In this document: in pieces, positions 15,410 to 30,389 of the stretch
How positions within the stretch are numbered: the first letter of the stretch is position 1
Layout: every line of letters starts with the position of its first letter
Made by a program: the position numbers and the translations under genes
NCBI GenBank assembly: GCA_964016885.1
Contig: OZ024744.1
Coordinates: forward strand, 133,300,001 to 133,364,000
DNA: 64,000 bases
Source of the DNA: Eledone cirrhosa
Taxonomy: Eukaryota
Direction of reading: 5' to 3'
Notes under the pieces: model-generated
The model's database searches: none
What the model saw: only the letters and a program-made list of their open reading frames with translations
What the model was told of the DNA's origin: nothing

Positions 15410-15585
15410 TTAGGGCTTAAGTTAAGTTGGGGCTAAGTTAAGTTGGGGTTAAGTCAAGTTGGAAGTTGTGGTTGAGTGAAGTTGGGGTTAAGTTAAGTTG
15501 GGGTTGAGTGAAGTTGGGGTTAAGTTAAGTTGGGGTTGAGTTACGTTGGGGTTGAGTGAAGTTGGGGTTAAGTTAAGTTGGGGTT
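15410..15585 (-). repeat. Inverted island 2 (176 bp)
   Basis: Same entry junction and internal markers. Returns at GGGGTT|AACCCC. Confidence 0.96.
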
Positions 15586-18500
15586 AACCCCAACTTAACT
15601 TAACTCCAACTTAACTTAACCCCAACTTAACTTAACCCCAACTTAACTTAACCCCAACATAACTTAACCCCAACTTAAATTAACCCCAACTTAACTTAAA
15701 CTCAACTTAACTAACCAACTTAACTTAACCCCAACTTAACTTAACCCCAACTTAACTTAACCCCAACTTAACTTAACCCCAACTTAACTTAACTCCAACT
15801 TAAATTAACCCCAACTTAACTTAACCCCAACTTAACTTAACCCCGACTTAACTTAACCCCAACTTAATTAACCCCAACTTAACTTAGCCCCAACTTAACT
15901 TAGCCCCAACTTAACTTAGCCCCAACTTAACTTAACCCCAACTTAACATAACCGCACCTTAACTTAACCTCAACTTAACTTAACTGCAACTTAACTTAAC
16001 CCCAACTTAACTTAACCCCAACTTAACTCAACACCAACTTAACTCAACCCCAACTTAACTCAACCCCAATTTAACTCAACCCCAACTTAACTCAACCCCA
16101 ACTTAACTTAACCCCAACTTAACTGAACCCTAACTTAACTTAACCCCGACTTAAATTAAGCCCAACTTAACTTAACCCCAACTTAACTCAGCCCCAACTT
16201 AACTTAGCCCTAACTTAACTTAACCCCAACTTAACTTAACCCCAACTTAATTAACCCCAACTTAAATTAACCCCAACTTAACTTAACACCAACTTAACGT
16301 AACCCCATCTTAAATAAACCCCAACTTAAATTAACCCCAACTTAACTTAACCCCAACTTAACTTAACCCCAACTTAACTCAGCCCCAACTTAACTTAGCC
16401 CCAACTTAACTTAACCCCAACTTAACTTAACCCCAACTTAACTTAACCCCAACTTAACTTATCCCCAACTTAACTTAACCCCAACTTAACTTAAACCCAA
16501 CTTAACTTAACCCCAACTTAAACTATCCCCAACTTAACTTATCCCCAACTTAACTTAATCCCAACTTAACTTAACCCCAACTTAACTTAACCCCAACTTA
16601 ATTTAACCCCAACTTAACTTAACCTCAACTTAACTTAACCCCAACTTAACTTAACCCCAACTTAACTTAACCCCAACTTAAATTAGCCCCAACTTAACTT
16701 AACCCCAACTTAAATTAACCCCAACTTAACTTAACCCCAACTTAACTTAACCCCGACTTAAATTAACCCCAACTTAACTTAACCCCAACTTAACTTAACC
16801 ACAAATTGACTTAACCACAAATTAACTTAACCCCAACTTAACTTAACCCCAACTTAACTTAACCCCAACTTAACTTAACCCCAACTTAACTTAACCCCAA
16901 CTTAACTTAAACCTAACTTAACTTAACCCCAACTTAACCCCAACTTAACTTGACCCCAACTTAACTTAACCCCAACTTAACTCAACCCCAACTTAACTTA
17001 ACCCCAACTTCACTCAGCCCCAACTTAACTCAGCCCCAACTTAACTTAGCCCCAACTTAACTTAACACCAACTTAACTTAACCCCAACTTAACTTAAACC
17101 TAACTTAACTTAACCCCAACTTAACCCCAACTTAACTTGACCCCAACTTAACTTAACCCCAACTTAACTCAACCCCAACTTAACTTAACCCCAACTTCAC
17201 TCAGCCCCAACTTAACTCAGCCCCAACTTAACTTAGCCCCAACTTAACTTAACACCAACTTAACTTAACCCCAACTTAACTTAACCCCAACTTAACTTAA
17301 CCCCAACTTAACTCAACCCCAACTTAACTTAACCCCAACTTAACTCAGCCCCAACTTAACTCAGCCCCAACTTAACTTAGCCCCAACTTAACTTAACACC
17401 AACTTAACTTAACCCCAACTTAACTTAACCCCAACTTAACTTAACCCCAACTTAACTTATCCCCAACTTAACTGAACCCCAACTTAACTTAACCCCAACT
17501 TAATATAACCCCAACTTAACTTAACCCCAACTTAACTCAACCCCAACTTAAATTAACCCCAACTTAACTTAACCCCAACTTAACTTAACCCCAACTTAAT
17601 TAACCCCAACTTAAATTAACCCCAACTTAACTTAACACCAACTTAACGTAACCCCAACTTAACTTAACCCCAACTTAACTTAAACCTAACTTAACTTAAC
17701 CCCAACTTAACCCCAACTTAACTTGACCCCAACTTAACTTAACCCCAACTTAACTCAAGCCCAACTTAACTTAACCCCAACTTAACTCAGCCCCAACTTA
17801 ACTCAGCCCCAACTTAACTTAGCCCCAACTTAACTTAACACCAACTTAACTTAACCCCAACTTAACTTAACCCCAACTTAACTTAACCCCAACTTAACTT
17901 ATCCCCAACTTAACTGAACCCCAACTTAACTGAACCCCAACTTAAATTAACCCCAACTTAACTTAACCCCAACTTAACTTAACCCCAACTTAACTCAATA
18001 CCAACTTAACTCAACCTCAACTTAACTCAACCCCAATTTAACTCAACCCCAACTTAACTCAACCCCAACTTAACTTAACCCCAACTTAACTGAACCCTAA
18101 CTTAACTTAACCCCGACTTAACTTAACCCCGACTTAACTTAACCCCAACTTAACTTAACCCCAACTTAACTTAACCCCAACTTAACTTAACCCCAACTTA
18201 ATTTAACCCCATCTTAACCCCAACTTAACTTAACCCCAACTTAACTGAACCCCAACTTAAATAAACCCCAACTTAACTTAACCCCAACTTAACTTAACCC
18301 CAACTTAACTTAACCCCAACTTAACTCAGCCCCAACTTAACTTAGCCCCAACTTAACTTAACCCCAACTTAACTTAACCCCAACTTAACTTAACCCCAAC
18401 TTAACTTAACCCCAACTTAACTTAACCCCAACTTAACTTAAACCCAACTTAACTTAACCCCAACTTAAATTATCCCCAACTTAACTTATCCCCAACTTAA

Positions 18501-19489
18501 CTTAACCCCAACTTAACTTAACCCCAACTTAACTTAACCCCAACTTAATTTAACCCCAACTTAACTTAACCTCAACTTAACTTAACCCCAACTTAACTTA
18601 ACCCCATCTTAACTTAACCCCAACTTAACTTAACCCCAACTTAACTTAACCCCAACTTAAATTAACCCCAACTTAACTTAACCCCAACTTAACTTAACCC
18701 CGACTTAACTTAACCCCAACTTAACTTAACCCCAACTTAACTTAACCCCAACTTAACCCCAGCTTAACTTGACCCCAACTTAACTTAACCCCAACTTAAC
18801 TCAACCCCAACTTAACTTAACCCCAACTTAACTCAGCCCCAACTTAACTCAGCCCCAACTTAACTTAGCCCCAACTTAACTTAACACCAACTTAACTTAA
18901 CCCCACCTTAACTTAACCCCAACTTAACTTAACCCCAACTTAACTTATCCCCAACTTAACTGAACCCCAACTTAACTTAACCCCAACTTAATATAACCCC
19001 AACTTAACTTAACCCCAACTTAACTCAACCCCAACTTAAATTAACCCCAACTTAACTTAACCCCAACTTAACTTAACCCCAACTTAATTAACCCCAACTT
19101 AAATTAACCCCAACTTAACTTAACACCAACTTAACGTAACCCCAACTTAATTTAACCCCAACTTAAATTAACCCCAACTTAACTTGCCCCCAACTTAACT
19201 TACCCCCAACGTAACTTAACCCCAACTTAATTTAACCCCAACTTAATTTAACCCCAACTTAACTTAACCCCAAATTAACTCAACCCCAACTTAACTCAAC
19301 CCCAACTTAACTTAACCCCAACTTAACTTAACCCCAACTTAACTTAACCACAAATTAACTTAGCCCCAACTTAAATTAACCCCAACTTAACTCAACCACA
19401 ACTTAACTTAACCCCGACCTAACTTAACCCCAACTTAACTTAACCCCAACTTAACTTAACCCCAACTTAACTTAACCCCAACTTAAATT

Positions 19490-22400
19490 AACCCCAACTT
19501 AACTTACCCCCAACTTAACTTACCCCCAACTTAACTTAACCCACAACCTAACTTAACTGCAAATTAACTTAACCCCAACTTAGCTTAACCCCAACTTAAC
19601 TTAACCCCAACTTAATTTAACCCCAACTTAATTTAACCCCAACTTAACTTAACCCCAACTTAACTTAGACCCAACTTAACCTAGCCCCAACTTAACTTAA
19701 CCCCAACTTAACTTAGCCCTAACTTAACTTAGCCCCAACTTAACTCAAACCCAACTTAACTTAAGCCCAACTTTACTTAACACCAACTTAACTTAACCCC
19801 AACTTAACTTAACCCCAACTTAACTTAACCCACAACTTAACTTAACCCCAACTTTACTTAACACCAACTTAACTTAACCCCAACTTAACTTAACCCCAAC
19901 TTAACATAACCCCAACTTAAATTAACCCTAACTTAACTTAACCCCAACTTAACTTAACCCCAACTGAAATTAACCCTAACTTAACTTAACCCCAAATTAA
20001 CTTAACCTCAACTTAATTTAACCCCAACTTAACTTAACCCCAACTTAACTTACCCCCAACTTAACTTACCCCCAACTTAACTTAACCCCAACTTAACTTA
20101 ACCTCAACTTAACTTACCCTCAACTTAACTTAACCCCAACTTAAGTTACCCCCAACTTAACTTAACCCCAACTTAACTTAACCCCAACTTAAATTAACCC
20201 CAACTTAACTTGCCCCCAACTTAACTTACCCCCAACTTAACTTAACCCCAACTTAACTTAACCCCAACTTAAGTTAAGGCTAACTTAACTTAAACCCAAA
20301 TTAACTCAACCCCAACTTAAATTAACCCCAACTTAACTTAACCCCAACTTATCTTAACCCCAACTTAACTTAACCCCAACTTAACTTAACCCCAACTTAA
20401 CTTAACCCCAACTTAACTCAACCCGAACTTAACTTAACCCCAACTTAACTCAGCCCCAAATTAACTTAACCCCAACTTAACTGAACCCCAACTTAACTTA
20501 ACCCCAACTTAACTTAACCCCAACTTAACTTAACCCCAACTTAACTTACCCCCAGCTTAACTTAACCCCAACTTAACTTAACCCCAACTGAACTGAACCC
20601 CAACTTAACTTAACCCCAACTTAACTTACACCCAACTTAACTTACCCCCAACTTAACTTAACCCCAACTTAAATTAACCCCAACTTAACTTAACCCCAAC
20701 TCGACTTAACCCCAACTTGACTTAACCCCAACTTGACTTAACACCAACTTGACTTAACTCCAACTTAACTTAACCCCAACTTAACTTAACCCCAACTTAA
20801 ATTAACCCCAACTTAACTTAACCCCAACTTAACTTAACCCCAACTTAACTTAACCCCAACTTAACTTAACGCCAACTTAACTTAACCCCAACTTAACTTA
20901 ACGCCAACTTAACTTAACCCCAACTTAACTAACCCCAACTTAACTTAACCCCAACTTAATTTAACCCCAACTTAACTGAACCCCAACTTAATTTAACCCT
21001 AACTTAACTTAACCCCAACTTAACTTAACCCCAACTTAATTTAACCCCAACTTAACTTAACCCCAAATTAACTTAACCCTAACTTAACTTTACGCCAACT
21101 TAACTTAACCCCAACTTTAACTTAACCCCAACTTAACTTAACCCCAACTTAACATAACCCCAACTGAAATTAACCCTAACTTAACTTAACCCCAACTTAA
21201 CTTAACCCCAACTTAACTTAACCCCAACTTAACTTAACCCCAACTTAACTTAACCCCAACTTAACTTAACCCCAACTTAACTAACCCCAACTTAACTTAA
21301 CCCCAAATTAATTTAACCCCAACTTAACTGAACCCCAACTTAATTTAACCCCAGCTTAACTTAACCCCAACTTAACTTAACCCCAACTTAATTTAACCCC
21401 AACTTAACTTAACCCCAACTTAAATTAACCCTAACTTAACTTTACCCCAACTTAACTTAACCCCAACTTTAACTTAACCCCAACTTAACTTAACCCCAAC
21501 TTAACATAACCCCAACTGAAATTAACCCTAACTTAACTTAACCCCAACTTAAATTAACCCCAACTTAACTTAACCCCAACTTAACTTGCCCCCAACTTAA
21601 CTTACCCCCAACTTAACTTAACCCCAACTTAACTTAACCCCAACTTAACTTAACCCCAAGTTAACTTAACCCCAACTTAACTTAACCCCAACTTAACTCA
21701 ACCCCAACTTAACTCAACCCCAACTTAACTTAACCCCAACTTAACTTACCCCAACTTAACTTAACCCCAACTTAACTTAACCCCAGCTTAACTTAACCCC
21801 AACTTAACTTAACCCCAACTTAACTGAACCCCAACTTAACTTAACCCCAACTTAACTTACCCCCAACTTAACTCAGCCCCAACTTAACTTAGCTCCAACT
21901 TAACTTAGCCCCAACTTAACTTAAACCCAACTTAACTTAACCCCAACTAAACTTGCCCCCAACTTAACCTACCCCCAACTTAATTTAACCCCAAATTAAC
22001 CCCAACTTAAGTTAACCCCAACTTAACTTAACCCCAACTTAACTTAACCCCAACTTGACTTAACCCCAACTTGACTTAACCGCAACTTGACTTAACCCCA
22101 ACTTGACTTAACTCCAACTTAACTTAACCCCAACTTAACTTAACCCCAACTTAAATTAACCCCAACTTAACTTAACCCCAACTTAATTTAACCCCAACTT
22201 AACTTAACCCCAACTTAACTTAACGCCAACTTAACTTAACCCCAACTTAACTTAACCCCAACTTAACTTAACCCCAACTTAACTAACCCCAACTTAACTT
22301 AACCCCAACTTAATTTAACCCCAACTTAACTGAACCCCAACTTAATTTAACCCCAACTTACCTTAACCCCAACTTAACTTAACCCCAACTTAATTTAACC

Positions 22401-23130
22401 CCAACTTAACTTAACCCCAACTCAACTTAACCCTAACTTAACTTTACCCCAACTTAACTTAACCCCAACTTTAACTTAACCCCAACTTAACTTAACCCCA
22501 ACTTAACATAACCCCAACTGAAATTAACCCTAACTTAACTTAACCCCAACTTAACTTAACCCCAACTTAACTTAACCCCAACTTAACTTAACCCCAACTT
22601 AACTTGCCCCCAACTTAACTTACCCCCAACTTAACTTAACCCCAACTTAACTTAACCCCAACTGAACTTAACCACATTTTAACTTAACCCCAACTTAACT
22701 TATACCCAACTTAACTTACCCCCAACTTAACTTAACCCCAACTTAACTTAACCCCAACTTGACTTAACCCCAACTTGACTTAACCCCAACTTGACTTAAC
22801 CCCAACTTAACTTAACCCCAACTTAACTTAACCCCAACTTAACTTAACCCCAACTTAACTTTACCCCAAGTTAAATTAACGCCAACTTAACTTAACCCCA
22901 ACTTAACTTAACCCCAACTTAACTTTACCCCAAGTTAAATTAACGCCAACTTAACTTAACCCCAACTTAACTTAACCCCAACTTAACTTAACCCCAACTT
23001 AACTTAACCCCAACTTAAATTAACCCCAACTTAACTTACCCCCAACTTAACTTACCCCCAACTTAACTTAACCCACAACCTAACTTAACTGCAAATTAAC
23101 TTAACCCCAACTTAGCTTAACCCCAACTTA
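19490..23130 (+). repeat. Divergent sub-family block, copy 1
   Basis: Enriched in CTTGACTT, AACTGAAATTAACCCT, CTTTAC, TTACCCCC and AACGCC variants that are rare elsewhere. Confidence 0.8.
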
Positions 23131-26100
23131 ACTGAACCCCAACTTAACTTAACCCCAACTCAATATAACCCCAACTTAACTTAACCCCAACTTAACTCAA
23201 CCCCAACTTAAATTAACCCCAACTTAACTTATCCCCAACTTAACTTAACCCCAACTTAATTAACCCCAACTTAAATTAACCCCAACTTAACTTAACACCA
23301 ACTTAACGTAACCCCAACTTAAATAAACCCCAACTTAAATGAACCCCAACTTAACTTAACCACAACTTAACTTAACCCCAACTTAACTCAGCCCCAACTT
23401 AACTTAGCCCCAACTTAACTTAACCCCAACTTAACTTAACCCCAACTTAACTTAACGCCAACTTAACTTAAACCTAACTTAACTTAACCCCAACTTAACT
23501 TGACCCCAACTTAACTTAACCTCAACTTAACTTAACCCCAACTTAACTTAACCCCATCTTAACTTAACCCCAACTTAACTTAACCCCAACTTAACTTAAC
23601 CCCAACTTAAATTAACCCCAACTTAACTTAACCCCAACTTAACTTAACCCCGACTTAACTTAACCCCAACTTAACTTAACCCCAACTTAACTTAACCCCA
23701 ACTTAACTTAACCACAAATTAACTTAACCCCAACTTAACTTAACCCCAACTTAACTTAACCCCAACTTAACTTAACCCCAACTTAACTTAACCCCAACTT
23801 AACTTAAACCTAACCTAACTTAACCCCAACTTAACCCCAACTTAACTTGACCCCAACTTAACTTAACCCCAACTTAACTCAACCCCAACTTAACTTAACC
23901 CCAACTTAACTCAGCCCCAACTTAACTCAGCCCCAACTTAACTTAGCCACAACTTAACTTAACACCAACTTAACTTAACCCCAACTTAACTTAACCCCAA
24001 CTTAACTTAACCCCAACTTAACTTATCCCCAACTTAACTGAACCCCAACTTAACTTAACCCCAACTTAATATAACCCCAACTTAACTTAACCCCAACTTA
24101 ACTCAACCCCAACTTAAATTAACCCCAACTTAACTTATCCCCAACTTAACTTAACCCCAACTTAATTAACCCCAACTTAAATTAACCCCAACTTAACTTA
24201 ACACCAACTTAACGTAACCCCAACTTAACTTAACCCCAACTTAACTTAAACCTAACTTAACTTAACCCCAACTTAACCCCAACTTAACTTGACCCCAACT
24301 TAACTTAACCCCAACTTAACTCAACCCCAACTTAACTTAACCCCAACTTAACTCAGCCCCAACTTAACTCAGCCCCAACTTAACTTAGCCCCAACTTAAC
24401 TTAACAACAACTTAACTTAACCCCAACTTAACTTATCCCCAACTTAACTGAACCCCAACTTAACTTAACCCCAACTTAAATTAACCCCAACTTAACTTAA
24501 CCCCAACTTAACTTAACCCCAACTTAACTCAACACCAACTTAACTCAACCCCAACTTAACTCAACCCCAATTTAACTCAACCCCAACTTAACTCAACTCC
24601 AACTTAACTTAACCCCAACTTAACTGAACCCTAACTTAACTTAACCCCGACTTAACTTAACCCCGACTTAACTTAACCCCAACTTAACTTAACCCCAACT
24701 TAACTTAACCCCAACTTAACTTAACCCCAACTTAATTTAACCCCATCTTAACCCCAACTTAACTTAACCCCAACTTAACTGAACCCCAACTTAACTTAAC
24801 CCCAACTTAAATAAACCCCAACTTAACTTAACCCCAACTTAACTTAACCCCAACTTAACTTAACCCCAACTTAACTCAGCCCCAACTTAACTTAGCCCCA
24901 ACTTAACTTAACCCCAACTTAACTTAACCCCAACTTAACTTAACCCCAACTTAACTTAACCCCAACTTAACTTAACCCCAACTTAACTTAAACCCAACTT
25001 AACTTAACCCCAACTTAAATTATCCCCAACTTAACTTATCCCCAACTTAACTTAACCCCAACTTAACTTAACCCCAACTTAACTTAACCCCAACTTAATT
25101 TAACCCCAACTTAACTTAACCTCAACTTAACTTAACCCCAACTTAACTTAACCCCATCTTAACTTAACCCCAACTTAACTTAACCCCAACTTAACTTAAC
25201 CCCAACTTAAATTAACCCCAACTTAACTTAACCCCAACTTAACTTAACCCCGACTTAACTTAACCCCAACTTAACTTAACCCCAACTTAACTTAACCCCA
25301 ACTTAAGCCCAACTTAACTTGACCCCAACTTAACTTAACCCCAACTTAACTCAACCCCAACTTAACTTAACCCCAACTTAACTCAGCCCCAACTTAACTC
25401 AGCCCCAACTTAACTTAGCCCCAACTTAACTTAACACCAACTTAACTTAACCCCACCTTAACTTAACCCCAACTTAACTTAACCCCAACTTAACTTATCC
25501 CCAACTTAACTGAACCCCAACTTAACTTAACCCCAACTTAATATAACCCCAACTTAACTTAACCCCAACTTAACTCAACCCCAACTTAAATTAACCCCAA
25601 CTTAACTTAACCCCAACTTAACTTAACCCCAACTTAATTAACCCCAACTTAAATTAACCCCAACTTAACTTAACACCAACTTAACGTAACCCCAACTTAA
25701 TTTAACCCCAACTTAAATTAACCCCAACTTAACTTGCCCCCAACTTAACTTACCCCCAACGTAACTTAACCCCAACTTAATTTAACCCCAACTTAATTTA
25801 ACCCCAACTTAACTTAACCCCAAATTAACTCAACCCCAACTTAACTCAACCCCAACTTAACTTAACCCCAACTTAACTTAACCCCAACTTAACTTAACCA
25901 CAAATTAACTTAGCCCCAACTTAAATTAACCCCAACTTAACTCAACCACAACTTAACTTAACCCCGACCTAACTTAACCCCAACTTAACTTAACCCCAAC
26001 TTAATTTAACCCCAACTTCACTCAACCCCAACTTAACTCAACCCCAACTTAACCCCAACTTAACTTAACCCCAACTTAAATTAACCACAAAGTTAACTTA

Positions 26101-26326
26101 ACCCCAATTTAAATTAACCCCAACTTAACATAACCACCACTTAATTAACCCCAACTTAACTCAACCCCAACTTAACTTAACCCTAACTTAACTTAACCCC
26201 AACTTAACCGCAACTTAACTTAACCCCAACTTAACTTACCCCCAACTTAACTTACCCCCAACTTAACTGAACCCCAACTTAAGTTAAGCCTAACTTAACT
26301 TAACGCCAACTTAACTTAACCCCGAC

Positions 26327-26502
26327 TTAGGGCTTAAGTTAAGTTGGGGCTAAGTTAAGTTGGGGTTAAGTCAAGTTGGAAGTTGTGGTTGAGTGAAGTT
26401 GGGGTTAAGTTAAGTTGGGGTTGAGTGAAGTTGGGGTTAAGTTAAGTTGGGGTTGAGTTACGTTGGGGTTGAGTGAAGTTGGGGTTAAGTTAAGTTGGGG
26501 TT
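26327..26502 (-). repeat. Inverted island 3 (176 bp)
   Basis: Same junctions and markers as island 2. Confidence 0.96.
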
Positions 26503-29500
26503 AACCCCAACTTAACTTAACTCCAACTTAACTTAACCCCAACTTAACTTAACCCCAACTTAACTTAACCCCAACATAACTTAACCCCAACTTAAATTAA
26601 CCCCAACTTAACTTAAACTCAACTTAACTAACCAACTTAACTTAACCCCAACTTAACTTAACCCCAACTTAACTTAACCCCAACTTAACTTAACCCCAAC
26701 TTAACTTAACTCCAACTTAAATTAACCCCAACTTAACTTAACCCCAACTTAACTTAACCCCGACTTAACTTAACCCCAACTTAATTAACCCCAACTTAAC
26801 TTAGCCCCAACTTAACTTAGCCCCAACTTAACTTAGCCCCAACTTAACTTAACCCCAACTTAACATAACCGCACCTTAACTTAACCTCAACTTAACTTAA
26901 CTGCAACTTAACTTAACCCCAACTTAACTTAACCCCAACTTAACTCAACACCAACTTAACTCAACCCCAACTTAACTCAACCCCAATTTAACTCAACCCC
27001 AACTTAACTCAACCCCAACTTAACTGAACCCTAACTTAACTTAACCCCGACTTAAATTAAGCCCAACTTAACTTAACCCCAACTTAACTCAGCCCCAACT
27101 TAACTTAGCCCTAACTTAACTTAACCCCAACTTAACTTAACCCCAACTTAATTAACCCCAACTTAAATTAACCCCAACTTAACTTAACACCAACTTAACG
27201 TAACCCCATCTTAAATAAACCCCAACTTAAATTAACCCCAACTTAACTTAACCCCAACTTAACTTAACCCCAACTTAACTCAGCCCCAACTTAACTTAGC
27301 CCCAACTTAACTTAACCCCAACTTAACTTAACCCCAACTTAACTTAACCCCAACTTAACTTATCCCCAACTTAACTTAACCCCAACTTAACTTAAACCCA
27401 ACTTAACTTAACCCCAACTTAAACTATCCCCAACTTAACTTATCCCCAACTTAACTTAATCCCAACTTAACTTAACCCCAACTTAACTTAACCCCAACTT
27501 AATTTAACCCCAACTTAACTTAACCTCAACTTAACTTAACCCCAACTTAACTTAACCCCAACTTAACTTAACCCCAACTTAAATTAGCCCCAACTTAACT
27601 TAACCCCAACTTAAATTAACCCCAACTTAACTTAACCCCAACTTAACTTAACCCCGACTTAAATTAACCCCAACTTAACTTAACCCCAACTTAACTTAAC
27701 CACAAATTGACTTAACCACAAATTAACTTAACCCCAACTTAACTTAACCCCAACTTAACTTAACCCCAACTTAACTTAACCCCAACTTAACTTAACCCCA
27801 ACTTAACTTAAACCTAACTTAACTTAACCCCAACTTAACCCCAACTTAACTTGACCCCAACTTAACTTAACCCCAACTTAACTCAACCCCAACTTAACTT
27901 AACCCCAACTTCACTCAGCCCCAACTTAACTCAGCCCCAACTTAACTTAGCCCCAACTTAACTTAACACCAACTTAACTTAACCCCAACTTAACTTAAAC
28001 CTAACTTAACTTAACCCCAACTTAACCCCAACTTAACTTGACCCCAACTTAACTTAACCCCAACTTAACTCAACCCCAACTTAACTTAACCCCAACTTCA
28101 CTCAGCCCCAACTTAACTCAGCCCCAACTTAACTTAGCCCCAACTTAACTTAACACCAACTTAACTTAACCCCAACTTAACTTAACCCCAACTTAACTTA
28201 ACCCCAACTTAACTCAACCCCAACTTAACTTAACCCCAACTTAACTCAGCCCCAACTTAACTCAGCCCCAACTTAACTTAGCCCCAACTTAACTTAACAC
28301 CAACTTAACTTAACCCCAACTTAACTTAACCCCAACTTAACTTAACCCCAACTTAACTTATCCCCAACTTAACTGAACCCCAACTTAACTTAACCCCAAC
28401 TTAATATAACCCCAACTTAACTTAACCCCAACTTAACTCAACCCCAACTTAAATTAACCCCAACTTAACTTAACCCCAACTTAACTTAACCCCAACTTAA
28501 TTAACCCCAACTTAAATTAACCCCAACTTAACTTAACACCAACTTAACGTAACCCCAACTTAACTTAACCCCAACTTAACTTAAACCTAACTTAACTTAA
28601 CCCCAACTTAACCCCAACTTAACTTGACCCCAACTTAACTTAACCCCAACTTAACTCAAGCCCAACTTAACTTAACCCCAACTTAACTCAGCCCCAACTT
28701 AACTCAGCCCCAACTTAACTTAGCCCCAACTTAACTTAACACCAACTTAACTTAACCCCAACTTAACTTAACCCCAACTTAACTTAACCCCAACTTAACT
28801 TATCCCCAACTTAACTGAACCCCAACTTAACTGAACCCCAACTTAAATTAACCCCAACTTAACTTAACCCCAACTTAACTTAACCCCAACTTAACTCAAT
28901 ACCAACTTAACTCAACCTCAACTTAACTCAACCCCAATTTAACTCAACCCCAACTTAACTCAACCCCAACTTAACTTAACCCCAACTTAACTGAACCCTA
29001 ACTTAACTTAACCCCGACTTAACTTAACCCCGACTTAACTTAACCCCAACTTAACTTAACCCCAACTTAACTTAACCCCAACTTAACTTAACCCCAACTT
29101 AATTTAACCCCATCTTAACCCCAACTTAACTTAACCCCAACTTAACTGAACCCCAACTTAAATAAACCCCAACTTAACTTAACCCCAACTTAACTTAACC
29201 CCAACTTAACTTAACCCCAACTTAACTCAGCCCCAACTTAACTTAGCCCCAACTTAACTTAACCCCAACTTAACTTAACCCCAACTTAACTTAACCCCAA
29301 CTTAACTTAACCCCAACTTAACTTAACCCCAACTTAACTTAAACCCAACTTAACTTAACCCCAACTTAAATTATCCCCAACTTAACTTATCCCCAACTTA
29401 ACTTAACCCCAACTTAACTTAACCCCAACTTAACTTAACCCCAACTTAATTTAACCCCAACTTAACTTAACCTCAACTTAACTTAACCCCAACTTAACTT

Positions 29501-30389
29501 AACCCCATCTTAACTTAACCCCAACTTAACTTAACCCCAACTTAACTTAACCCCAACTTAAATTAACCCCAACTTAACTTAACCCCAACTTAACTTAACC
29601 CCGACTTAACTTAACCCCAACTTAACTTAACCCCAACTTAACTTAACCCCAACTTAACCCCAGCTTAACTTGACCCCAACTTAACTTAACCCCAACTTAA
29701 CTCAACCCCAACTTAACTTAACCCCAACTTAACTCAGCCCCAACTTAACTCAGCCCCAACTTAACTTAGCCCCAACTTAACTTAACACCAACTTAACTTA
29801 ACCCCACCTTAACTTAACCCCAACTTAACTTAACCCCAACTTAACTTATCCCCAACTTAACTGAACCCCAACTTAACTTAACCCCAACTTAATATAACCC
29901 CAACTTAACTTAACCCCAACTTAACTCAACCCCAACTTAAATTAACCCCAACTTAACTTAACCCCAACTTAACTTAACCCCAACTTAATTAACCCCAACT
30001 TAAATTAACCCCAACTTAACTTAACACCAACTTAACGTAACCCCAACTTAATTTAACCCCAACTTAAATTAACCCCAACTTAACTTGCCCCCAACTTAAC
30101 TTACCCCCAACGTAACTTAACCCCAACTTAATTTAACCCCAACTTAATTTAACCCCAACTTAACTTAACCCCAAATTAACTCAACCCCAACTTAACTCAA
30201 CCCCAACTTAACTTAACCCCAACTTAACTTAACCCCAACTTAACTTAACCACAAATTAACTTAGCCCCAACTTAAATTAACCCCAACTTAACTCAACCAC
30301 AACTTAACTTAACCCCGACCTAACTTAACCCCAACTTAACTTAACCCCAACTTAACTTAACCCCAACTTAACTTAACCCCAACTTAAAT

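Larger units (their letters stand above)
4440..18700 (+). repeat. About 7.25-kb higher-order duplication (approx. 4.4-11.4 kb vs 11.7-18.7 kb)
   Basis: CAATATAA at 4,976 and 12,244 (offset 7,268). Islands 1 and 2 are offset 7,241. The 27-bp difference matches one missing 11-mer plus one missing 16-mer seen in the second copy. TAAATGAA occurs in both. Confidence 0.85.
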
